Origin: Ignavibacteriales bacterium
GTDB lineage: Bacteria; Bacteroidota; Ignavibacteria; UBA10030; UBA6906
Assembly (NCBI GenBank): GCA_037441705.1
Contig: JBBIRR010000016.1
Location: 10,904 to 74,903 of the forward strand
Direction of reading: 5' to 3'
Length of the DNA: 64,000 bases
How positions within the stretch are numbered: position 1 is the stretch's first letter; each line of letters starts with the position of its first letter. This document shows, in pieces, positions 19,405 to 30,077 of the stretch. The notes beneath the pieces are model-generated. The model made no database searches. It was not told the origin of the DNA and was given only the letters and a program-made list of their open reading frames with translations. The translations under genes were made by a program, and so were the position numbers.

Positions 19405-19913
19405 AAGCTGCCGCGTTGATGCTCGTCATCGGTCTCACGATGGCAGGATGCGGCAGCACGAAAAAAGCGCAGCATTCCGAAGCATCATCGGAAGCTTCTG
19501 CGTTAGAGGAGTATGAAGCTGAATTTCAACCGTCGGATTACGATGTGGATGTCGCTGCGGTGTTTTCCGAACTCAGGAAAGAAAAAGAAAAGGAACCGCC
19601 TCCGGCAGAAGCCGGTTCGACAGTTGAGGCTCCGATCTTGGTTCCCGGCTATCGCGTGCAGTTGTTTGCAACGACCGATATTGATGAAGCAAATAGTCAG
19701 AAGGCGATGGCCCAAGCCGCTTTCCCCAACGAATGGTTCTACATCGATTACGACCCGCCGACCTACAAGCTGCGCGCCGGTAACTTCCTGTCGCGCACCG
19801 ACGCCGAGGCCTTCGCCCAAGCGCTTCAGTCCAGCGGCTACTCCGACGCCTGGGTGGTTCCCGATCGCGTGCAGAAGAATGCACCCCCACGCCGCGCAAA
19901 AAGTCCGGAATGA
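19377..19913 (+). CDS. SPOR-domain lipoprotein
   Basis: Lipobox MAGC; GYRVQLF ... YKLRAGNF.SR.DAE ... YSDAWVV. Start may be 19419. Confidence 0.85.
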   Translation: MGRTHSIAIEAAALMLVIGLTMAGCGSTKKAQHSEASSEASALEEYEAEFQPSDYDVDVAAVFSELRKEKEKEPPPAEAGSTVEAPILVPGYRVQLFATTDIDEANSQKAMAQAAFPNEWFYIDYDPPTYKLRAGNFLSRTDAEAFAQALQSSGYSDAWVVPDRVQKNAPPRRAKSPE

Positions 19914-19931
19914 GCGTCCCATCCCGCCGAG

Positions 19932-21659
19932 TTAGCGGCCCGGGAGTTTCTTGAACGTTATCACCACACCTTCCACCGCCCACCGCGCCCTCACCTTTAC
20001 CGTATCGGGATAAACCGCAAAACGTTCCGAGGGTTGAAAAGGATGGGGAGAGCCAAAGGAGTACGATCCGGAAGAATCCCGATCCCGATACGCATGCAAT
20101 GTGTAGAACCCCTCCGGCAACTGTTCGACTTTGAGCTTACCCGGAGCGGAAAGACGAAACGTCTTCACCGTTGGTGTTTGGGTGCGCACGCTCGAAACCG
20201 TCACCGCAATATCTCCACGCGTGTCTTCCTTCTCCTCATCCACTACCGTCCCCTCGATCGTGCCGGTGATTCTCAGATCGAGAGACTGAAACCGCAGGAC
20301 CCAAACGGAGTCCTGATAGCCATTCCCCCACCTGTCGCGCACAGAATCCATAACCACCCTGATTGTGTACCATGAACGCGACGACAACGGTTGGCGCGGA
20401 GTGAGAATCACGCTGGATGCGGTGGGCCACGAAACGGAGGATGCTACAGGAGTCTTGAGGCTATCGAGAAGTGCAAGACCGTCGCTTGCGGCCATCTGAT
20501 CTACCGGTTCCGAAAACCTGATCTCGAAGCTCTGCTCCAGCGGGATGTTCGTGATGCTGTCCCGAAGCCCTACAATTTGCAACGTAGGCTTTAGCGTATC
20601 CCGGACGGCAATGCCGGTAAAATCATACCGCGCATTTGCCGGGTCGATCACATTGCCGGCGCGATCGCGGACGCCCTCGACCGAAAGCCGATACATCTTC
20701 CCGCTATCAATCGGAGCCGCCGTTAACACAATCGCCGCCGTCGAATCCCCTCGGTCTAACGACTGAAGCAACAACGGCACGGACTGGAGCGTGACCGTGT
20801 CTTGAACAGAAATGCGAGCTGTTGCAAATGAGGCCGTGTCGAGCGGCTCGCTGAACCGAACCTGGAGCTGCGAGTGCGTTAGAGGAGTCACTTTCGTCAG
20901 AAACGGCTTCGTTGTATCCTCGGTGAAAAGTCGGAACCATATGTCGGCGACGCGAGGCTGATCCGCCGTCAGCGTAACATCCGTCACGGCAACACCGACC
21001 TGATCGGTCTGCCTGTCATAAATCAGATTGCGATACTCATCCCGCACGGCAAAGATTCTATATGTGTCGAAGCGGATATTGGAGAAAGAAAAGACGCCGT
21101 TTTTCCCAGTTTGCATGATGTAGTCGGGTTTGGAGCGGCTCGGATCAAGCGTGTCGGAATTGATGGTGCTCAGAGCGTATGCAAAGAGCATGATTCCTTC
21201 CGGCTTGTCGTCAAACACTCGTCCGGCGACGGCACCTTGATCAATACTGTCGCCTGTTGAGAACGCCAGCGTGAAGCCATGCGCCATCCTGTTGCGAGCA
21301 CGCAGGTCAATGATGTCGGTGCCGACATTGACGACATAGGTGGTGTTCATCTTCAGCGGCTCGCCCAGATGAATCGTCACTTCCGTACCGCTCCAATCGA
21401 ACTCTAACTGGCCGACATACGGAGAGATGAAGATGGATTCCTCCACCGAACGGCGATCAACGTATTCGCTGAACTCGAGAACGATGCGATCGGTCGTGAC
21501 ACGGACAGCATTGGAATCCGGTTCCGTCCGGATGATTTCCGGCGGCACTGAGTCAACAGGACCGCCCGAAGGGGGCACCTGTCCTGCACAACCGATGAGC
21601 AGCAGAACACACAAAAGAAAGCGACTGCGGGTAACCAGAGTTTTCAGGGAATTGTTCAA
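19932..21659 (-). CDS. Ig-like (Big_5) domain lipoprotein conserved in Bacteroidota
   Basis: LIGCA...PSGGP.D..PP, FSEYV, FSTGDSID and repeated FSEP Ig modules. Confidence 0.8.
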   Translation of the reverse strand: MNNSLKTLVTRSRFLLCVLLLIGCAGQVPPSGGPVDSVPPEIIRTEPDSNAVRVTTDRIVLEFSEYVDRRSVEESIFISPYVGQLEFDWSGTEVTIHLGEPLKMNTTYVVNVGTDIIDLRARNRMAHGFTLAFSTGDSIDQGAVAGRVFDDKPEGIMLFAYALSTINSDTLDPSRSKPDYIMQTGKNGVFSFSNIRFDTYRIFAVRDEYRNLIYDRQTDQVGVAVTDVTLTADQPRVADIWFRLFTEDTTKPFLTKVTPLTHSQLQVRFSEPLDTASFATARISVQDTVTLQSVPLLLQSLDRGDSTAAIVLTAAPIDSGKMYRLSVEGVRDRAGNVIDPANARYDFTGIAVRDTLKPTLQIVGLRDSITNIPLEQSFEIRFSEPVDQMAASDGLALLDSLKTPVASSVSWPTASSVILTPRQPLSSRSWYTIRVVMDSVRDRWGNGYQDSVWVLRFQSLDLRITGTIEGTVVDEEKEDTRGDIAVTVSSVRTQTPTVKTFRLSAPGKLKVEQLPEGFYTLHAYRDRDSSGSYSFGSPHPFQPSERFAVYPDTVKVRARWAVEGVVITFKKLPGR

Positions 21660-21815
21660 GCGTCGGAACCTTTTGAGAGGGGGAACGGTTGTAAAGAGTG
21701 AAGACGGTAGTGCAGTTGGAACGGGGCACTCCGGAACAAGTGTTGAGGCTTACTCCTGATGGTGGGTGGTGATGAGCGAGACATTCCGGGGTTGCCCCGT
21801 TTGCGTTCATGCATT

Positions 21816-22841
21816 TCAGGTACTCTGATTACGTTGTTGCTCCGCCCGTTCCCGCCGAAACTTTCGCACGTTTGCCAAATGCTGTGTGTACGTCGTGGCG
21901 AACCAGTGCCCACCTTTCCCATCCGATACGAAAAAGTAGTAATTGTGATGCTCGGGATACAAAGCCGCAATGATGGAAGCCGCGCGCGGACTGCAGATCG
22001 GACCCGGAGGCAATCCGTAGTTGCGATAGGTGTTGTACGGACTTTCGATCCGCAGGTCGTTATGGTAGATTCGTCGAGGCCCGTCTGGAATGATGAATTG
22101 GATTGTCGGGTCTGCCTCTAACCGCATGCCTTTGCGCAAACGGTTGTGGTACACGCCCGAGATGGTAGCCCGTTCATCGTCGAAGAAGGCCTCGCCCTCA
22201 ATTATTGAGGCAAGCGTCAGCACTTCATGGATCGTCATCTTCAGTTCAGCCGCGCGCTGCCGAAGAGAATCATTGAAAACCTTAAGCGTCTGCCCTACGA
22301 GTCGTTCGATCACCTCTGCCTCATCCGTCTGCCAGTTGAAGAAGTACGTCTCCGGAAACAAGTACCCCTCGAGCGAGTTCGCCTCAACGCCGAGCGAGCG
22401 GGCAAATTCTGCATCGTTGATGAGAGACATGAACCGGGCCGAGTCAATCCCTATCGAGCGCGCGAGCAGCCGCGCATAGGCAGGGGCGCGTTTTCCTTCT
22501 CGCAGCGTCACTGAAAGCGGCACGATGTTTCTGCCCAGCCGCAGGCTGTTGTACAGATCCAAATTGGAGATCCCGCTGGCAAATTCGTATCTACCAACCA
22601 CCGCAACCGCTCCGCGTCGCAGGACTTTCACCACCAGCTCAAACATCCCCCGGTTTCGGATGATGCCCTCGTTCTCTAATCCATCCACCACCTCTTGCCA
22701 TGTTTGCCCTTTGCTGACAACGAAGATTTTCCTTTCGGCGTCAGCAAATGTGTTCGGCCCATAGAAGATGTAGCCAAGGAGCGCCGCGCCGGCAACAATG
22801 GCCGCCGCTACTATCACGATAAGAATCTTCGAAACCTTCAC
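21816..22841 (-). CDS. mltG: Endolytic transglycosylase MltG (YceG)
   Basis: LEGYLFPETY, LASIIEGE, YHNRL..GMRLEADPT, SPYNTY and GLPPGPI. The GTG start overlaps the YfhO stop. Confidence 0.93.
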   Translation of the reverse strand: MKVSKILIVIVAAAIVAGAALLGYIFYGPNTFADAERKIFVVSKGQTWQEVVDGLENEGIIRNRGMFELVVKVLRRGAVAVVGRYEFASGISNLDLYNSLRLGRNIVPLSVTLREGKRAPAYARLLARSIGIDSARFMSLINDAEFARSLGVEANSLEGYLFPETYFFNWQTDEAEVIERLVGQTLKVFNDSLRQRAAELKMTIHEVLTLASIIEGEAFFDDERATISGVYHNRLRKGMRLEADPTIQFIIPDGPRRIYHNDLRIESPYNTYRNYGLPPGPICSPRAASIIAALYPEHHNYYFFVSDGKGGHWFATTYTQHLANVRKFRRERAEQQRNQST

Positions 22842-25120
22842 GTAGATTGTCTCCTCTTCATGACTGCCAGACCTACCCCCAGCAGCAACGCGCCGCACGA
22901 GATAAGAAAGCCCCACAGAATCGTCGGGGATTCAAAGCGGAACTCCACCGTGTGACTTCCCGCGGGAACCACAACGGCCCGCTGGCAGTAGTTCGCCCGG
23001 TAGATGGTGGTTCGTACACCATCAATATACGCATTCCAGCCAGGATAGAACGTGTCCGAAAGTACAAGAATTCCTCCGGACGGCGTTGCCGCCGAGATTT
23101 CGACGCGGTTTGTTCTATACTGCTCGACCGTTGCGGTTCCTTCACCGGTCGTGCTCGAGGCCAGGGTAAGGTTCTCGTGCAGGATAACCTCCCGCGTGGG
23201 ATCGAAATCCTCCGACAGTAGGATTTGCTTGGCAATCTCAGGCGTTGCTGCCACACGAGGGCGCTCGACAAAATACGCGCGGGGCAGCACGTCAGGGTTC
23301 CGGTAGATGAACAACCGAGGTTTCCGCTCGAGCAGTTCCCAATCGTGCGCTGCGATCTCCCACGGCGAAATCACATACTTGACGTTGAAGAGATTCATGA
23401 TCTTACGAAACGAGGCCTGCGGAATCAATCGGCCTTCGGCAAGCGACGCGGTTTGCAGAATCAACCCGCCCCGATTCTGATCACCCCAAATATCAACGAC
23501 ATAGTTGGGCGTAAGCTGTGCGTAGCCGTCCGCGCTGGAAAGTCCGTAGAGAACGTTGCTGCTCGGTTGGATGTACTCGCGCTGATCGATGTACGGTTGT
23601 AAGTCGCCCGACCACCCTCTTGCTGACGCGAACGCCGCCTTGTGAACCTCCGACGCACCCGGCGAAAAGATGCGGAACAGACTCGTATCCTGCTTCAAGC
23701 GCTGAACCGTCTTCGGCTCTTCACGCCACCGGTGCGCATCAACAATCGGATTCTGCCGCAATTGGAAGAACAAGAGGTCCGCAATCACGATCGTTACGAC
23801 GGCACCCCCCAGCGGTGAGATGACCAACTTGCTGCCCTCCGGTGCCCGGCGGCCGGCCAAGAGCCCGGTAGCGCCAAGCGCTGCAAGCACACACAACGCC
23901 GCATCGACGACAAACAGGAAGCGCGTCGGAAACCTGAAGAACTTCATTCCAGGCACCGCGTAAAACGCCGCCTCATACACCGGCGTGTTCGGCCCGAGCA
24001 CAAAGATATAGGCAACAACCGCAGTGAACGCAAAGAACCTGACATGCCATTGGTTCCACGATCGCACAACGGCAACAAGAGCGAGCAGGAATGTCAACAA
24101 CCCAACGTATCCGTAGTCCTCCCAGAAAATGCTGTCGCCGGTGTACGTCGCGTTGCTGATATCCCCGTTTGCCAGCGGATAGAAGAAGGTTTTGAAGTTG
24201 GCCGGATCGTAGGCGTAGCTTGCAGCATAGTCGAACGTTACGCCGCCTGCACGCTGCGTGAGACCGACAAGTTCGTACGTAGGAAGAAGCTGCACGGCGC
24301 TGAGTCCAACGCCGAACATCATCGCCAGAATAAACCAGAGCGCATACGGTTTCCATTGCAGAGTGGCAGGATCAGGCCTGGTGGTTGACTTCACCTTTCG
24401 ATGCACGGTCCCGGCTTTTTCTTTGAATGAAAGAAGTCGGAACCCAACATAGCAGACGTAGACCAGGCCCGAGTAGTACGCGGTCTGCGTATGACCGGAC
24501 AGATGCTGCAATCCAAACACACACCCCAACCAGAGAAGCTCCGACGGTGCGCGACGCCGGAACGCTCGCTCGATGACCAGCAAGCCAAACGGAAACCAGC
24601 AAACCGTCCCGACCATGCTGAGATGCTTGATGTGCGACACCATGAAGCCCGAATAGGCAAACGATAGAGCTGCAACAAGCGCGCCGGACATTCCCACGTC
24701 AAGCTCACGAGCATAGAAGTACATGCCGAGCGCTGCCGTGATGAGCGTAAGCAGAATGACAAGATTGAGCGCGACATAGGGTGGAAGAAGGCCGAACAGC
24801 AGCAGATTGAACGGATAGCACACACCTGCTTCTGCACGGGCAAGCAACGGAATCCCTCCGTAGATGTACGGCAACCACGTCGGCAGCTCTCCTTTCTTCA
24901 ACGCCTCGCTGATGTAGTGCCGATACGGAAATCCCTCGTTCATAATGTCGCTGGTGAAAATATCATCCGTTATGACGAAGCCCTGCATCGTTGCAAGCTT
25001 CCAGTACGGAAGAAGAATCAGAAGTACGAGAAAGGCAACGGGTAGCAGCAGAGGATGCTTCTTCAGGAACGGGCGCACCATCAACGCGAGCGGGTAGGAT
25101 GCATGAATGCGGGAGAGCAT
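22838..25120 (-). CDS. YfhO-family polytopic membrane protein (GT-C-like)
   Basis: W.PY..GG.P, YPFN, many TMs, FRFPTRF, PRAY and C-terminal LSDTFYPGW.A.IDG ... VPAGSH.VEFRF. Confidence 0.85.
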   Translation of the reverse strand: MLSRIHASYPLALMVRPFLKKHPLLLPVAFLVLLILLPYWKLATMQGFVITDDIFTSDIMNEGFPYRHYISEALKKGELPTWLPYIYGGIPLLARAEAGVCYPFNLLLFGLLPPYVALNLVILLTLITAALGMYFYARELDVGMSGALVAALSFAYSGFMVSHIKHLSMVGTVCWFPFGLLVIERAFRRRAPSELLWLGCVFGLQHLSGHTQTAYYSGLVYVCYVGFRLLSFKEKAGTVHRKVKSTTRPDPATLQWKPYALWFILAMMFGVGLSAVQLLPTYELVGLTQRAGGVTFDYAASYAYDPANFKTFFYPLANGDISNATYTGDSIFWEDYGYVGLLTFLLALVAVVRSWNQWHVRFFAFTAVVAYIFVLGPNTPVYEAAFYAVPGMKFFRFPTRFLFVVDAALCVLAALGATGLLAGRRAPEGSKLVISPLGGAVVTIVIADLLFFQLRQNPIVDAHRWREEPKTVQRLKQDTSLFRIFSPGASEVHKAAFASARGWSGDLQPYIDQREYIQPSSNVLYGLSSADGYAQLTPNYVVDIWGDQNRGGLILQTASLAEGRLIPQASFRKIMNLFNVKYVISPWEIAAHDWELLERKPRLFIYRNPDVLPRAYFVERPRVAATPEIAKQILLSEDFDPTREVILHENLTLASSTTGEGTATVEQYRTNRVEISAATPSGGILVLSDTFYPGWNAYIDGVRTTIYRANYCQRAVVVPAGSHTVEFRFESPTILWGFLISCGALLLGVGLAVMKRRQST

Positions 25121-25187
25121 GCACAGACTGCCGTCATCGCAGCAAGGGGACGGGAATGAGCCTCACGCAGATTGAGAACCGATCTCA

Positions 25188-26201
25188 TCAGGCAATCTCC
25201 AGATTCGCCACAGCGGGCACCTCGAAAACGGATGACTCGCCGCGCTGAAGTTTCAACCAACCGACATACGCAATCATTGCGCCGTTGTCCATGCAGTACT
25301 CCATTTTGGGATAGAACAGACGAAGACCCAGACGTGCACACTCGTCCTTCATGCGGTTGCGGAGGCGACTGTTGGCCGAAACGCCGCCGGCAATCGTCAC
25401 ATCCTGTACGCCCATGAGACGCGCAGCGCGTATGGTTGTTTCGACCAACATATCAACGACTGCTTCCTGAAAGCTCGCGCAGATATCGGCAAGATGGTTT
25501 GGATCAATGACCGATGGATTTTCCAGCCAACCGTTGTTCCGCAAGTAATACAGGACGGAGGTCTTGATTCCGCTGAAGCTAAAATCAAAGCTTCCCTCAT
25601 CCAACACAGCGCGGGGAAATCGAATGGCTTGCGGATTGCCTTGTGCCCCCAGCTTGTCGATCTTCGGGCCGCCGGGGTAGCCGAGGCCGAGCATCTTCGC
25701 CACCTTGTCGAACGCCTCGCCTGCGGCATCATCCCGCGTCTGGCCAAGTAAGTGGTGAACGAACGGCTCCGGAACGTGCACCAACATCGAGTGACCGCCG
25801 GAGACGATGAGCGAGAGGAAGGGGTACTCGGGCTTCTCCGCCATCAGAAAGTTGGAGTACAGGTGTCCCTCCATGTGGTTGACTGCAATGAACGGAACGC
25901 CAAGCCCGTACGCCAGTGCTTTCGCGAAGTTCAAGCCGACCAGCAACGAGCCGACGAGGCCGGGACCCTGCGTTGCCGCTATCCCCTCGAGCTGTTCTTT
26001 TGTAACGCCGGCGCGTTGCAGCGCCTCCTCCACCACCTCGATAATCATCCGTTGATGGGCTCGCGAGGCAAGCTCCGGCACAACACCTCCGTATTTGCTG
26101 TGGACAAACTGCGAGGAGATGATGTTGGAGCGCACAACGCCGTCATCCACAACAGCGGCGGCCGTTTCATCGCATGATGTTTCAATGCCGAGAACGAGCA
26201 T
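25188..26201 (-). CDS. tsaD: tRNA N6-adenosine threonylcarbamoyltransferase
   Basis: LGIETSCDET, GGVVPELASR.H, NHMEGH, SGGH, DDAAGEAFDK and GGVSAN. Confidence 0.97.
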   Translation of the reverse strand: MLVLGIETSCDETAAAVVDDGVVRSNIISSQFVHSKYGGVVPELASRAHQRMIIEVVEEALQRAGVTKEQLEGIAATQGPGLVGSLLVGLNFAKALAYGLGVPFIAVNHMEGHLYSNFLMAEKPEYPFLSLIVSGGHSMLVHVPEPFVHHLLGQTRDDAAGEAFDKVAKMLGLGYPGGPKIDKLGAQGNPQAIRFPRAVLDEGSFDFSFSGIKTSVLYYLRNNGWLENPSVIDPNHLADICASFQEAVVDMLVETTIRAARLMGVQDVTIAGGVSANSRLRNRMKDECARLGLRLFYPKMEYCMDNGAMIAYVGWLKLQRGESSVFEVPAVANLEIA

Positions 26202-26273
26202 GCACTCTTCACATGAATCTGCGAGGAACCGAAGCTATGGTACGGAAATGAGGAGTGAATTTCAAACGTGCCA

Positions 26274-26717
26274 TCAACTCCCCTCATCCAGCTTGAAGCG
26301 AACGCGCAGCACGCCGTTGTCATAGCTCGTGGAGATAATGCGGAATGTTCCAATCTCCTTTGTCGTCGTTACATGCTGTCCGATGCACGGACACGCATCA
26401 TACTCCCCGATGCGGATGATGCGAACGACATCGCCGGCCTGATCGGGGAGCCGACTCAGATCGAAGGAACACGCGGCATCGCTGCGCGAGAGAAGCTCCT
26501 CTCGTACGACGGCATTACTCTGAATCACCTCATTCACCCTGCGCTCCAGTTCCCGCACCTCCTCGTCCGTCAGATCTCGATCGAAGCGGTAGTCGCACTT
26601 GGATTTTTTCTTCTCGAGATGCGTGCTGAAGGCGCGACCGCAGGTAAACATTCTCACCATCGTCTGGTTGAGAATGTGCTCGGCCGAGTGCATTCTCGGA
26701 TCATAGTCTTTCGGCAT
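26274..26717 (-). CDS. Free-standing AlaX-like (tRNA_SAD) aminoacyl-tRNA editing protein
   Basis: HSAEH and CIGQH zinc motifs, TTKEIG and LRVRF. Confidence 0.8.
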   Translation of the reverse strand: MPKDYDPRMHSAEHILNQTMVRMFTCGRAFSTHLEKKKSKCDYRFDRDLTDEEVRELERRVNEVIQSNAVVREELLSRSDAACSFDLSRLPDQAGDVVRIIRIGEYDACPCIGQHVTTTKEIGTFRIISTSYDNGVLRVRFKLDEGS

Positions 26718-26721
26718 CGTA

Positions 26722-29700
26722 CTACTTCTCTACCTTAATGGGGGTGTACGGCTCAAAGAAGGAAATCTTCGCCGCATCGACTGCGTGTTGATACTTCGGA
26801 AACTCCTTCTCAAAGAACGCGTTGATGGCATCGGCAACTTCCTTCAACCGATCAATCGTCTGATCGTACACAACGAGCTGGGTCTCCGTGGGAGCGTACC
26901 AGGCCGAGCGGGCATAACTCAGCGCCGTGTTCAGTCTGCTCTGCAGCACGCTCGGATCCCATCGCCACCCTTGCACTTCCTTATCCACAAATAACTCATT
27001 GAGCTTCTTGATCGAATCCTGCATTGCCTTGCCAAGGTCTTTCACCTTCTGCGCGGCAGAGTCGGTACGATCTTTCACGAGTCCTGCAATCTGCTCGATT
27101 CTTTTTCTGGCGTCGCGGAGCCTGTCGGCGGCGTCGGTGGCAAGGCGTATCTTTCCGTAGAGTTTCTCCAACATCGCGGTTCGGGCCTCGATGTCGGCTG
27201 CAGTGTATGGAACGCGATGATCGAGCTTCACGTTGACTGTTGCCGAGTCACGGTGGCTTCCGTAGGTCACTCGCACGGTGTACGTCCCCGGTGGCACGTC
27301 CCAACCTCCCGGCTCGGGCGCACCGGGTTCGGGTTTCGGTTGTGAAGGCATGCGTTCCACCTTCCGGTCGAGATTCCACTGCGTGCGGTTCAATCCCTTC
27401 TCCACTTTCACACGCAGGGTCCGAATGACCTCGCCTGCGCGGTTCATCACCTCAATCGTAACGCTGTCGGGAGCCGCCACCGAGTCTTTCCTGGCCTTTT
27501 CTGTTGCTTTCGCCGCGAGCTTCGCTTTTGCCGTATCCGGAGGGTTGACAAGAATCGAAAGCCGTGCGCCGGACGGCCGATTTTCTCCGGCAAATTCCGC
27601 ATCGCCGGGAAAGAACATCCCGCCCGCACGGGGACCATACCATGCAAGCGTGGCTTCGGGAATCGGGAAAAGATGCAGCGGTTTGTTCAGCAGCGAGATA
27701 CCGTTGCGGGCAATTTGCCGCAGCGGACCGAGATCATCCAGCACATACACCGCGCGCCCGAATGTCCCCACGACAAGATCATGTTCCCGCGGATGAATCA
27801 CCATGTCCATCGTCGAAACCGTAGGATAGCCGTGCTTCCACTTTGTCCAGACCTTTCCGCCATCAACGCTCACATACAGACCGAATTCGGAGCCGAGAAA
27901 CATCAGCTTCGGCTCGACCGGATCTTGAACGAACGAAAGCACGAATCCCCAGACCTGCTTCTCATCCGCAAGCCGTTCCCACGTCGTGCCGAAGTTCGTC
28001 GTGCGAAACAGGTACGGCGTCCAGTCGTTACGCCGATGATTGTCGAACATGACGAATGCCTCCGCCGCATTGTAGGACGACGGATGAATCTGCGGAATCC
28101 ACGTACTCTCCGGAACGCCCTTCACGTTACGGACGACATTCGTCCAGCTCGCGCCGCCGTCGGTCGTCACCTGAAGGTTGCCGTCGTCCGTTCCCACCCA
28201 AATCACGCCCTGGCGGACGGGACTCGGTGCAATGGCGATGATGGTGCAGTGGTTTTCGGCAGTCGTCACGTCGTAGGTCAGGCCGCCGCTTTCCAGTTGC
28301 TTCTGCTTGGAGGTATCGTTGGTGGTGAGATCGGGAGAAATGATCTGCCACGAGTCGCCGCGGTTGGTACTCTTGTGCAAGAACTGACTGCCGTAATAGA
28401 TGGTCGTGGGACTGAACGGATCGTGCGCGATACCTGCGTTCCAGTTGAAGCGCAACTTCACGTTCGCAGGATGAGCAGGCCGGATGTACTTCGCGTCGCC
28501 TGTCAGCATATCCACACGGCTGAGGTTTCCGCCCTGCCACATGGAGTAGCAATAGCGTGGATTGCTTCGATCGGGAACGACATCAAACCCATCACCCCAC
28601 CCAACATTTTGCCACTCTGCGTTGACAATGCCGCCCCAGTGATAGGCGTAGGCGGGTCCGCACCACGAGCCGTTATCCTGCAATCCGCCGTAGACGCGGT
28701 ACGGCGTTTCCAGATCAACGTTGATGTGATAGAATTGTCCAAGCGGGAGATTCTCGATGAAGCGCCACGTTCTTCCGCGATCGCGAGAGATTGCCGCGCC
28801 GCCGTCGTTTCCGTTGATCAGAAAGTTCGGATTATCGGGATGAACATACAGCGCGTGGTGATCGCCGTGCACGGCGCTCCATCCGATGAATGTCTCGAAC
28901 GTCTTGCCCGCATCGATGCTGACAGAGACTTCCGTGTACAGATTGTAGAGGCGATCTTCGTTTTGTGGGTCGGCAACGATTTCACCATAGTAGAAGGGGC
29001 GATTGCCGATGTTCGTATCGGCGACTTTCTTCCACGAGAATCCTCCGTCATCCGAGCGATAAAGCGCGTTCTTTTCCGACTCGATGAGCGCATACACGCG
29101 ATCGGGATTGCTCGGCGCAATCGCCAGGCCGATGCGGCCGAGGTTGCCTTTCGGCAAGCCTTCTTCGTGCGTCAGTTTTTTCCATGACGTTCCGCCATCG
29201 AACGTCACGTACAACCCCGATCCGGCCCCGCCCGACCTGAAGAACCAGGGCCAGCGGCGGTATTCCCACATCGCAGCAAACAGTTTGTTGGGATTTGTCG
29301 GATCCATCACGAGGTCCGCGCAGCCTGTTTTTTCATTCACATACAAAACCTTCTGCCACGATTGTCCGCCGTTGGTGGTTTTGAAGACGCCGCGTTCGGG
29401 ATTCTCGCCCCAGGCTGCCCCGAGCGCCGCAACGTACGCGACGTGTGGATTCTGCGGATCGAGAATCAGCCGATGGATGTTCCGTGTGTTGTCAAGACCG
29501 AGATGCTTCCACGTCTTTCCTCCGTCGAGCGTTTTGTACACGCCGTTGCCGTTGGTCTGACTGTTGCGCGGATTCCCTTCGCCCGTTCCCACCCACACAA
29601 TATCCGGCGTACGCTGATCGATCGCCACAGCGCCGATGGACGCGACAGCAAGTGTATCGAACACCGGCGTCCAGCTCACGCCGCCGCTCTCGGACTTCCA

Positions 29701-29925
29701 CAACCCGCCCGATGCGCTGCCGATGTAGATGACGTTCGGATTTCGCCGTACCACGTCGATTGCCGTTACGCGGCCGCTCATGCCGGCAGGACCAATGCTG
29801 CGGAACTTGAGGTTCTTGAGCTTCTCCATGTCAAGCGGTTGAGCAGCCGCAGTCGTTGAAGCAACGAGAGAGAAGCATAGAACGAAGTGAAGACAAAGAG
29901 AGAACCGGCTGTTCACAATCCTCAT
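26722..29925 (-). CDS. Secreted VPS10/BNR-repeat beta-propeller protein (glycosyl hydrolase-like)
   Basis: RSIGPAGMSGRV, repeated S.DGG.SW Asp-boxes, GGLQDNGSW and a C-terminal coiled coil. SD AGAGGAG before MRIV. Confidence 0.85.
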   Translation of the reverse strand: MRIVNSRFSLCLHFVLCFSLVASTTAAAQPLDMEKLKNLKFRSIGPAGMSGRVTAIDVVRRNPNVIYIGSASGGLWKSESGGVSWTPVFDTLAVASIGAVAIDQRTPDIVWVGTGEGNPRNSQTNGNGVYKTLDGGKTWKHLGLDNTRNIHRLILDPQNPHVAYVAALGAAWGENPERGVFKTTNGGQSWQKVLYVNEKTGCADLVMDPTNPNKLFAAMWEYRRWPWFFRSGGAGSGLYVTFDGGTSWKKLTHEEGLPKGNLGRIGLAIAPSNPDRVYALIESEKNALYRSDDGGFSWKKVADTNIGNRPFYYGEIVADPQNEDRLYNLYTEVSVSIDAGKTFETFIGWSAVHGDHHALYVHPDNPNFLINGNDGGAAISRDRGRTWRFIENLPLGQFYHINVDLETPYRVYGGLQDNGSWCGPAYAYHWGGIVNAEWQNVGWGDGFDVVPDRSNPRYCYSMWQGGNLSRVDMLTGDAKYIRPAHPANVKLRFNWNAGIAHDPFSPTTIYYGSQFLHKSTNRGDSWQIISPDLTTNDTSKQKQLESGGLTYDVTTAENHCTIIAIAPSPVRQGVIWVGTDDGNLQVTTDGGASWTNVVRNVKGVPESTWIPQIHPSSYNAAEAFVMFDNHRRNDWTPYLFRTTNFGTTWERLADEKQVWGFVLSFVQDPVEPKLMFLGSEFGLYVSVDGGKVWTKWKHGYPTVSTMDMVIHPREHDLVVGTFGRAVYVLDDLGPLRQIARNGISLLNKPLHLFPIPEATLAWYGPRAGGMFFPGDAEFAGENRPSGARLSILVNPPDTAKAKLAAKATEKARKDSVAAPDSVTIEVMNRAGEVIRTLRVKVEKGLNRTQWNLDRKVERMPSQPKPEPGAPEPGGWDVPPGTYTVRVTYGSHRDSATVNVKLDHRVPYTAADIEARTAMLEKLYGKIRLATDAADRLRDARKRIEQIAGLVKDRTDSAAQKVKDLGKAMQDSIKKLNELFVDKEVQGWRWDPSVLQSRLNTALSYARSAWYAPTETQLVVYDQTIDRLKEVADAINAFFEKEFPKYQHAVDAAKISFFEPYTPIKVEK

Positions 29926-30077
29926 GATAACTCCTCTTGATGAGTGTTGATGGAAGGTCTGAAGACGGCAATTCGTACTTGTGCTTCCGAGAGAGTCGAA
30001 AGGCGGAAGAAACTTACGAAGGGTTGCAGGAAGATGCAAGAGCAAACGTCTTCTCAGGTCGACGCAGAGAGGACACC

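Noticed and set aside
21816-22860. MltG and YfhO both end in QST
   Set aside because: The underlying codons differ; a coincidence of three residues.
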